A DNA stretch of 64,000 nt from assembly GCA_965198065.1 (NCBI GenBank), contig CBDAON010000004.1, positions 928,001 through 992,000 of the forward strand, in the 5' to 3' direction. Each line of letters starts with the position of its first letter. Within the stretch, counting starts at the first letter, position 1. The notes beneath the pieces were generated by a model. It did not search any database, was not told the origin of the DNA, and was given only the letters and a program-made list of their open reading frames with translations. Made by a program: the position numbers and the translations under genes. This DNA is from Longimicrobiales bacterium (GTDB taxonomy: Bacteria > Gemmatimonadota > Gemmatimonadetes > Longimicrobiales > Gaopeijiaceae). Positions 57,043 to 64,000 of this stretch are shown piece by piece.

Positions 57043-60000
57043 TTGCCCGACCGAACACATCCGGTTCTGGAGGCCCTCCTTTCGCTCCCGTCCGTCCGGC
57101 GGCTCACTCAGGGGCTGCCTAGGGGCGGCGAGCGGATCGCCGTGGGCGGATCCGTGGGCTCGGCGGGGCCGGCGCTCGTCTCCGCGCTCAAACAGAGCCA
57201 CCCGATCCGGATCTTCGTCGCCGTCGCACCGGACCCCCTCCAGGCCGAGCGCGTCCAGAACGACTTCAAGACGCTCCTCGGCGCAGAGGCCTCGCACCTC
57301 TATCCCCAGTCCGAGACGCGCTTCTACTCCGAGGAGGAGTCGGACTCCGGGATCGAGGGGCTCCGGGTCGAAGCGATCGAGGCGCTGCTCGCAGACGGTG
57401 CGCGACTATTCGTCACGACCCCGAGGGCACTCCAAGAGCGGCTCCCCATCCCGGACCGGCTGGCGCAGCTCCGGCTTGAGCTCCAGGAGGGAGTGGAGAT
57501 CGGATTCGGCCTCCTGGTGGAAGAGCTCGGCGCCATGGGGTACGAGCGCGTGCCCCTCGTAGAGGAGCTGGGCCAGTTCGCCGTGCGCGGGGGGCTGGTG
57601 GACGTGTTCTCGCTCGGACTCCCGGACCCCGTTCGCATCGAGTTCTTGGGAGACGAGATCGTGTCGATCCGCACGTTCGAGGTAGGGGACCAGTGCTCCA
57701 CCTCGTCCCTTCCGAGCGTTCACCTGCTCCCGGCGTCGTTCGGCGCGGCGGCGCACGGGACGGGGAGGGTGGTCCGCTCACTACTCGAGGTGCTCCCGTC
57801 AGAGACGATCCTCGTCGGCCTCGGAAGCTCCGCGTGGGAGGAGGATTTTCGGCGGCACTGGACGCAGGCGCGGGAGATCCGCTCGGACCGAGAAGAGGGC
57901 GGGGAGTCCCTCGCTCCCCTGGAGGACATCCTCCTTCCTCCCGCGTCGGCCGCGGAGCGGGTCCGGAGCTTCCCGGTCCTCCGGGTGACGGGTGAGCCCG
58001 GACACGAGATGTCGCTCGAAGCGGGCGCGCCACCTGTGATCGAGCGGAAGATGGATCGCCTCGTGACCTTCCTCCGCGAGGAGTCCGCCCGGGGTCACCG
58101 GACCCTGATCCTCTGCGACAACGAGGGTCAGGTTCAGCGCCTGGAGGAGATCCTCGAGAAGGAGGGCGGCCGACTCCCCGGCGTCCAGGTCGGCGTGGGA
58201 ACCGTAGACGGAGGCTTCCGGCTCCCCTCGTCACCCCCGCTGACGGTGCTCACGGACCACGAGGTCTTCCGGCGCAGCCGGCGCGTTCGGTCCGGGCGGC
58301 GTTACCGGGGCGCGATGGCGCTCGAGAGCCTGGCCCAGTTGTCTCCGGGGGACTACGTCGTCCATATGGACCACGGAATCGGCCGGTTCCGAAGCCTCCA
58401 GCGGATCGAGGTGGGGGGCGAGGGCCTGGAGGTCCTTGCGATCGAGTACGCGGACGGCGAGACGCTCCACGTTCCCGTCTATCGCCTGGATCTCGTGGAG
58501 CGATGGGTGGGGGAGACGGAGGACTCGGAGCCCCCGGCGGTCCACCGCATCGGCGGCAAGCGCTGGAAGGCTCTGAGGAGGCGCACCGAGGAAGCAATCG
58601 AGCAGGCCACCCGTGAGCTGCTCGAGCTCTACGCGGAGCGCGAGCTCGCCCCGGGACACGCCTTCAGACCCGACACGACGTGGCAGACGGAGATGGAGGC
58701 GGCGTTCCTCTACGAGGACACCCCGGACCAGCGGCGGGCGACGAAGGACATGAAGCGGGACATGGAGACGGCCCGGCCCATGGATCGCCTGATCTGCGGA
58801 GACGTGGGCTTCGGGAAGACAGAGGTGGGAATCCGCGCCGCGTTCAAGGCCGTCCAGGACGGGAAGCAGGTCGCGGTCCTGGCGCCCACGACGATCCTCG
58901 TGGAGCAGCATCTCCGCACGTTCTCCGAGAGGCTCGCGGACTTTCCGGTGAAGATCGAGTCCGTGTCACGCTTTCGCACTCCCCAGGAGCAGAAGGCCCT
59001 TCTGGCTTCGCTCGCCGAAGGGAGAACGGACATCGTGATCGGGACTCACCGGCTCCTATCCGAGGACGTGCGGTTCAAGGATCTGGGGCTCCTGGTCGTG
59101 GACGAGGAGCAGCGATTCGGGGTGAAGCACAAGGAGAGGCTCAAGCGCCTCCGGGCCTCCGTGGACGTGCTCACGCTGACGGCCACGCCCATCCCGCGCA
59201 CGTTGCAGCTCTCCCTCGCGGGCATACGGAACCTCTCCCTAATCCGCACCCCCCCACGCGACCGGCTGGCCATCGCGACCCAGGCCATCCCGTGGACCGA
59301 CGACGTGCTCCGCGACCTCATGGCACGCGAGTTGGACCGGGGTGGACAGGTCTTCTTCCTGCACAACCGGATCGAGACCATCCGTGGAGTCGCGGACCAC
59401 GTGGCGCGGCTGGTCCCGGAGGCCCGCGTGGGAGTGGCCCACGGCCAGATGCGGGTCGGCGCGCTCGAGACGGTGATGCGAGGCTTCGTGCTCGGGGAGA
59501 TCGATGTGCTCGTGTGCTCGTCGATCATCGAGAACGGGCTCGACGTGTCGAACGCCAACACGCTCATCGTGGACCGGGCGGACCGCTTCGGGCTCGCGCA
59601 GCTCTACCAGATCAGGGGGCGCGTCGGGCGCTCCGATCGCAGGGCGTACTGCTATCTCATCGTGCCCGAGACGATCACGGAGGAGGCCCGGGAGCGGATC
59701 AAGATTCTCGAGCGCCACACTGAGCTCGGGAGCGGCTATCAGGTGGCGCTCCGCGATCTCGAGATCCGCGGGGCCGGAAACCTCCTCGGCGCCAGCCAGT
59801 CAGGGTTCGCCCACGCGGTGGGGCTAGACACCTACCTCCGTCTCCTCGAGGACGCCGTCCGCCGAATGAAGGAGGGCGGGCCCCTCGGCGAGGCCTTCCC
59901 CGACCCCGAGGTGGCGCTCCCGGGCTCCGCGTTCATCCCAGACCGTTACGTTTCGGATTCCGGCCAGAAGTTGCATCTTTACCGGCGGCTCTCGAAGGTC

Positions 60001-60360
60001 GAGGACCGCGCGGAGGTGGAGCGGCTCCGGGAGGAGTTGACCGATCGGTACGGTCGGCCTCCCGAGGAGGTCGAGCGCCTCCTCGACGCCCATCTTCTTC
60101 GCCTTCTGGGGAGGGAGCTCGGGATCGAGCGCATCTTCGTCAAGGATCGGGAGGCGAGGATCACCTTCCGGGCGTCGGCCGCCCCGCGGATGACCGCGCT
60201 GGAGGCTCCGTTGCGGGATCGCCAGCTCCGGATCGAGGTCCGGCGCATAGTTCCCCTCTCACTCGCGCTCGAGCAGGCCGGCCCCGAGCCCGTGACCCGG
60301 ACGCTCATCCGGGCCCTCGACGCGGTTGCCGGGGGTCAAACGAAAAAGGACGCGGCATGA
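57043..60360 (+). CDS. mfd: Transcription-repair coupling factor
   Basis: GQFAVRGGLVDVF, VVHMDHGIGRF, PMDRLICGDVGFGKTEV, VDEEQRFGV, QLYQIRGRVGRS, DLEIRGAGNLLG. Start uncertain (TTG 57043 or GTG 56980). Confidence 0.97.
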   Translation: MPDRTHPVLEALLSLPSVRRLTQGLPRGGERIAVGGSVGSAGPALVSALKQSHPIRIFVAVAPDPLQAERVQNDFKTLLGAEASHLYPQSETRFYSEEESDSGIEGLRVEAIEALLADGARLFVTTPRALQERLPIPDRLAQLRLELQEGVEIGFGLLVEELGAMGYERVPLVEELGQFAVRGGLVDVFSLGLPDPVRIEFLGDEIVSIRTFEVGDQCSTSSLPSVHLLPASFGAAAHGTGRVVRSLLEVLPSETILVGLGSSAWEEDFRRHWTQAREIRSDREEGGESLAPLEDILLPPASAAERVRSFPVLRVTGEPGHEMSLEAGAPPVIERKMDRLVTFLREESARGHRTLILCDNEGQVQRLEEILEKEGGRLPGVQVGVGTVDGGFRLPSSPPLTVLTDHEVFRRSRRVRSGRRYRGAMALESLAQLSPGDYVVHMDHGIGRFRSLQRIEVGGEGLEVLAIEYADGETLHVPVYRLDLVERWVGETEDSEPPAVHRIGGKRWKALRRRTEEAIEQATRELLELYAERELAPGHAFRPDTTWQTEMEAAFLYEDTPDQRRATKDMKRDMETARPMDRLICGDVGFGKTEVGIRAAFKAVQDGKQVAVLAPTTILVEQHLRTFSERLADFPVKIESVSRFRTPQEQKALLASLAEGRTDIVIGTHRLLSEDVRFKDLGLLVVDEEQRFGVKHKERLKRLRASVDVLTLTATPIPRTLQLSLAGIRNLSLIRTPPRDRLAIATQAIPWTDDVLRDLMARELDRGGQVFFLHNRIETIRGVADHVARLVPEARVGVAHGQMRVGALETVMRGFVLGEIDVLVCSSIIENGLDVSNANTLIVDRADRFGLAQLYQIRGRVGRSDRRAYCYLIVPETITEEARERIKILERHTELGSGYQVALRDLEIRGAGNLLGASQSGFAHAVGLDTYLRLLEDAVRRMKEGGPLGEAFPDPEVALPGSAFIPDRYVSDSGQKLHLYRRLSKVEDRAEVERLREELTDRYGRPPEEVERLLDAHLLRLLGRELGIERIFVKDREARITFRASAAPRMTALEAPLRDRQLRIEVRRIVPLSLALEQAGPEPVTRTLIRALDAVAGGQTKKDAA

Positions 60361-61808
60361 GAGCTGTTACAAAGGGCACGATCTCGGTGGCGCTGGCCGT
60401 CGCCGTGGTCGGATGCGATCGCGGCCTGGGGGAGGACGACCTCGCCCGCGCAGGGGATTTCACGCTAGGGATCGAGGAAGCGTCCGGAATCATCGCCCCC
60501 GTCCTGGGCCTCGGCAACGATGGTACGATCGTTCAGGCCGTCGCGGACTTCTGGACGGACTACACGCTGCTGGGATGGGCCATGAATCAGGAAGGCGAGG
60601 TCGATCGCCTGGACCTCTCCGACATCACGGCCGTCCAGGTCATGCACGAGCGCATCGAGCGGGTTCGCGAAGCCGTGATCCGGATCGAGGAGATTACGGA
60701 CGAGGACCTCCTTCAGATGTACGAGGAGGAACGACCGGCCGAGCAGGTGCAGGCTAGCCACGTCCTCCTCTTTTTCCCCGACGACGCCACCGCCAGCCAG
60801 CGCGACTCCGTGCAGGTGCTGGCCGAGGACATTCGGGACCAGGCCAGGGGGGGCGCGGACTTCGCGGAGCTGGCCCGGACGCACTCGGCGGATCTCGGCT
60901 CCGCCTCCATGGGCGGTGACCTGGGCTTTTTCCGCCGGGGCGAGATGGTGCTGCCCTTCGAGGAGGCCGCGTTCGCCCTCGAACCCGGGAGCGTGAGCGA
61001 CGTGGTGACATCGGAATACGGGCTCCACGTCATTCGTGTGGGGGAGCGGCGAAACCCAACCTTCGAAGAGTACGGCGAAGAGTACCGGGCCCAGATCAAC
61101 AACGAGTCGGCGATACAGGCCGAGACTGTCTTTCTCACACAGGTCGAGGCTGACGCGAACGTTCAGGTTGCCCAGGGAGCCGTTCAGGTCGCGCGTGACA
61201 TCGCCGCGAGGATGGACGAGCCTCTCCGCTCCGGCGAGGCCGACGAGACCCTCGTGACCTACGAGGGCGGCTCCGTTACGGCGGGCGAGCTGCAGCGATT
61301 CCTCGTCACCCAGCCCCGAGAGATCCGCGATCAGATCGACGCGGCCACCGACGAGCAGCTCAATGAGTTCCTCCGTCAGGTGACCCGGGACGAGCTTCTC
61401 GTGCAGGAGGCCGAGCGACGCGGGATCGCGCTGAGCAGGGGGGAGATCGAGGCGCTCGAGGATCAGCTCCGCCTCCAGTACACGCAGGCCGCCGGAATCC
61501 TCGGGATCGCCTCCATCGAGCCGAGTCCCGGGGAGAGCCTCCGGGACGCCCTGGACCGCGAGGTGAAAGCTCTCATCGCTCGCGTCGTCCGGGGTGACCA
61601 GGAGCTCGTGCCCCTCGGCGCGCTCGCGAACCCTCTTCGATACCTGTATGGCGCCGAGCTGTCCCGGCCGGGGATCCCGCGGGTGATCGAACGGATCATG
61701 ATCCTCCGCGCCGCGGAGACCGCGGGGGCCGCCCCCTCGGGAGACGCGCCCTCGACGCCTCCGACCCTGGAGCCCCCGCCGGCGGTGGACGGCGGGACGG
61801 GTCCCTGA
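60357..61808 (+). CDS. Parvulin-type peptidylprolyl isomerase, predicted lipoprotein
   Basis: Lipobox VVGC, VQASHVL, FAELARTHSAD..GGDLGFF..MVLPFEEAAF..SEYGLHVI. Confidence 0.88.
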   Translation: MRAVTKGTISVALAVAVVGCDRGLGEDDLARAGDFTLGIEEASGIIAPVLGLGNDGTIVQAVADFWTDYTLLGWAMNQEGEVDRLDLSDITAVQVMHERIERVREAVIRIEEITDEDLLQMYEEERPAEQVQASHVLLFFPDDATASQRDSVQVLAEDIRDQARGGADFAELARTHSADLGSASMGGDLGFFRRGEMVLPFEEAAFALEPGSVSDVVTSEYGLHVIRVGERRNPTFEEYGEEYRAQINNESAIQAETVFLTQVEADANVQVAQGAVQVARDIAARMDEPLRSGEADETLVTYEGGSVTAGELQRFLVTQPREIRDQIDAATDEQLNEFLRQVTRDELLVQEAERRGIALSRGEIEALEDQLRLQYTQAAGILGIASIEPSPGESLRDALDREVKALIARVVRGDQELVPLGALANPLRYLYGAELSRPGIPRVIERIMILRAAETAGAAPSGDAPSTPPTLEPPPAVDGGTGP

Positions 61809-61833
61809 GAGGTCGGGTCCGGAGATCGAATCC

Positions 61834-63261
61834 ATGGACCACGGGAACCGTCGCCTTCGTCGCGGTTACCACGGCCCAATGATCCGAGCGGCCTTCCCAT
61901 CGCCTCCGTGGACGGCGGCCGGCCCCGGTTGGCGCTGGGGCGCGGGTGCCTTGGCTGTCGTGCTCGGCGCGGGGCTCGGCGCCGCTTCCGGCGTCGCCCA
62001 GGACGTGCCAGCTCCGACTCGACCCGCCGCCGGTGAGCTCGTGGACCGGGTGGTCGGGATCGTCGGCGACTCGGCGATCTTCCACTCCGACCTGCTTGAG
62101 CACGTGATCCGGCTCCAGGCGAACGGAGTCCAGGTTCCTCAGGATTCGGCGGAGCTCCACACGTTCCGCGGACAGGCCCTGAACGAGCTCGTCGCGCACT
62201 CTCTCGTCGTCCAGGCCGCGGCCAGGGACACCCTGATCTCCGTGCCGGACGAGCGGGTGGACGAGGAGCTCCAGACCACGTGGGACGAGCAGGTCCGCCG
62301 TCTCGGGAGCGAGGAGCAGCTTCGACAGGCGCTCGCGGGTGCGGGGATGACGCCGGCCCAGTACAGGGCAGACCTCCGTCGGCAGATCTTCGAGGCCCAG
62401 CTCTCGCAACGCTACATGCAGAGCCAGCGGGGAACGAGCCGCCTGCCCCCGATCGAGGAGAGCGAGCTCCGGGAGTCCTTCGAGCGTGACCGCACGACCT
62501 TCGGGCGCCGCCCAGCCACGATCTCGATCCGCCAGGTGATCCTCCTGCCCCAGCCCTCCGACTCGACGCGGGAGGCTGCCAGAGCGGAAGCGGAACGCAT
62601 CCTCGGTCTCCTTCGCGAGGGCGACGACTTGGAGGAGCTCGCGCGCCGATTCTCCGATGATCCGGGTTCGGCGCAGGCGGGAGGCGACCTCGGATGGGTC
62701 CGCCAGGGCGACACCGTCGTCGAGTTCGAGCTAGCGGTCTTCGGGCTCGGCCGGGGACAGGTGAGCGGCGTCGTTGAGACGGAATATGGAGCGCACATCA
62801 TCCGCCTGGACCGAATTCAGGGGGCCCAGAGGAGCGTTAGTCACATCCTAATCGGCGCCGAGCCCGGCCCGACAGAGGTTGCCGCCACTCGTGCGCGGGC
62901 GAACGAGGTCCGGGCCGCGGTCGCGGCGGGTACGCCCATCACTGAGTTCGAAAGCGAGGGTGAAGGGACCGGGCTCCCGGAGGAACTCGAGCTTGCGGTC
63001 ACACAGCTGGGTCAGCTTCCGGGCGGCTACGCGACCGAGCTCCGGGGGGCGCGAGCGGGAGACGTCCTGGGACCGATCGAGTTCCAGTCCGGCGCCGGGC
63101 TGGCGTTCGCGGTCGTGGAGGTGACGGGCGCCAGAGAGGAAGGAGAGTACGCGTACGAGGACCTCCGCGACCAGATCCGCACCTACCTCGAGGACGAGGG
63201 TTTCAGGGAGCGCCTGCTCGAGCGGTTGAGGGCCGAGACGTACGTTGAGATCCGCTGGTGA
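61834..63261 (+). CDS. SurA-like chaperone / peptidylprolyl isomerase
   Basis: LVDRVVGIVGDSAI, LARRFSDDPGS..GGDLGW, ETEYGAHII, LRAETYVEIRW, upstream of pdxA. Start may be 61879. Confidence 0.85.
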   Translation: MDHGNRRLRRGYHGPMIRAAFPSPPWTAAGPGWRWGAGALAVVLGAGLGAASGVAQDVPAPTRPAAGELVDRVVGIVGDSAIFHSDLLEHVIRLQANGVQVPQDSAELHTFRGQALNELVAHSLVVQAAARDTLISVPDERVDEELQTTWDEQVRRLGSEEQLRQALAGAGMTPAQYRADLRRQIFEAQLSQRYMQSQRGTSRLPPIEESELRESFERDRTTFGRRPATISIRQVILLPQPSDSTREAARAEAERILGLLREGDDLEELARRFSDDPGSAQAGGDLGWVRQGDTVVEFELAVFGLGRGQVSGVVETEYGAHIIRLDRIQGAQRSVSHILIGAEPGPTEVAATRARANEVRAAVAAGTPITEFESEGEGTGLPEELELAVTQLGQLPGGYATELRGARAGDVLGPIEFQSGAGLAFAVVEVTGAREEGEYAYEDLRDQIRTYLEDEGFRERLLERLRAETYVEIRW

Positions 63262-64000
63262 CGCTGGGGGTCGTTCTCCCCGGGGTACCCCTGACATCCG
63301 AATCGCCGCTACGCTCGGGGACCCGCGAGGGATCGGCCCGGAGGTGATCTCCCGGGCGGCCCGCGCTTACCGCGCCGATTGCCCTGACGTCGAAATCCTC
63401 CTCGTCGGCTCCGCCGAGGCCCTCCGCCGCGAGGGAGCGGGGTTTCCCTCGGAATCGGTCGGATCCTTCGACGGCTCACTCGAGTCCGCGGGAGACGTGT
63501 CTCTTCGGGCAATCGAGCGGGCCGTTGGGCTGGCCCAGGCCGGGGAAGTCCAGGCGATCGTGACGGGGCCGGTGCACAAACCGGCGCTGGCGGCGGCGGG
63601 CTCTCGCCACCCCGGCCAGACGGAGCTCCTGGCCGAGCTCTCGGGGTCCCGGCGGGTCGGGATGCTCATGCACGCCGACGCTCGGAGCCCCGTCGCTTCC
63701 GCAGAGCCCGATCACGGCGTGCCCGAGGGCTCGACGACGCCCCCGCCGGGTTCTCAGCGTGCGGCGATCCGAATCCTACTCGCGACCACCCACGTCCCGC
63801 TCCGGGACGTGCCGTCCCTCCTCACGGGCGCCCGCCTCGAGGAGCAGACCCGTTTGCTCGCCGAGAGCCTCCGCCTCCACTGGCGCCTGCCTTCCCCGCG
63901 CATCGCCCTCTGCGCCCTGAACCCGCATGCCTCGGACGGGGGGCTCTTCGGCGACGAGGAGGGACAGGTGTTCCTCCCCGCTGCCGAGGCCATGCGGAGG
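63245..64000 (+). CDS. pdxA: 4-hydroxythreonine-4-phosphate dehydrogenase, partial (runs off window)
   Basis: Hand translation from TTG 63245: IAATLGDPRGIGPEV, IVTGPVHK, PGQTE, LATTHVPLRDV, ALNPHASDGGLFGDEE. Confidence 0.9.
   Translation, partial: MRSAGDAGGRSPRGTPDIRIAATLGDPRGIGPEVISRAARAYRADCPDVEILLVGSAEALRREGAGFPSESVGSFDGSLESAGDVSLRAIERAVGLAQAGEVQAIVTGPVHKPALAAAGSRHPGQTELLAELSGSRRVGMLMHADARSPVASAEPDHGVPEGSTTPPPGSQRAAIRILLATTHVPLRDVPSLLTGARLEEQTRLLAESLRLHWRLPSPRIALCALNPHASDGGLFGDEEGQVFLPAAEAMRR

Overview
A GC-rich (roughly 70% by eye), densely coded stretch of bacterial core chromosome. Gene content, gene order and the conserved hypotheticals suggest Gemmatimonadota, but that is inference only. 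From 1 to ~28.6 kb nearly all genes are on the minus strand: an outer-membrane barrel, glmM-glmS-dtd-maf, an eroded HEPN/DUF86 toxin remnant, glpK, a ccm cluster (ccmE-F-[CcmI-like/zinc ribbon]-A-B-C-D) with a CxxxY-type CcmE, recA-alaS-orf-cpsB-like phosphatase-cca, rarA, hflX, DUF2520-pdxJ, a UPF0104 flippase, ispE, a secreted Vgb-like propeller, a 3'-truncated tRNA-Gln(UUG) and a partial PQQ dehydrogenase. The right half holds a cystathionine gamma-synthase/lyase, an M48 protease, purD, mutM, an M16 pair and ubiE/menG. It continues with an ECF sigma operon (tandem double zinc-finger anti-sigma, bactofilin-like membrane protein, toast-rack protein, small membrane protein), nfu-mrp-orf-DUF62, and an orphan Wzc-like tyrosine kinase with two compensating indels. 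It ends with lepA-pfkB-[STAS-HATPase]-[STAS-wHTH-like], a DUF6588-like barrel, a DUF4384 protein carrying CxxCH, DUF58-BatA, mfd, two parvulin PPIases and a partial pdxA. I saw no rRNA, CRISPR array, prophage or intact IS. The two best candidates for undescribed systems are (i) a sigma-less partner-switch-like Ser kinase/STAS-wHTH pair coupled to a PfkB kinase behind lepA, and (ii) an envelope-stress ECF regulon whose promoter motif GAA(A/T)C-N16/17-CGTA can be read at four sites in the window. All family assignments come from motif recognition, with no database search.
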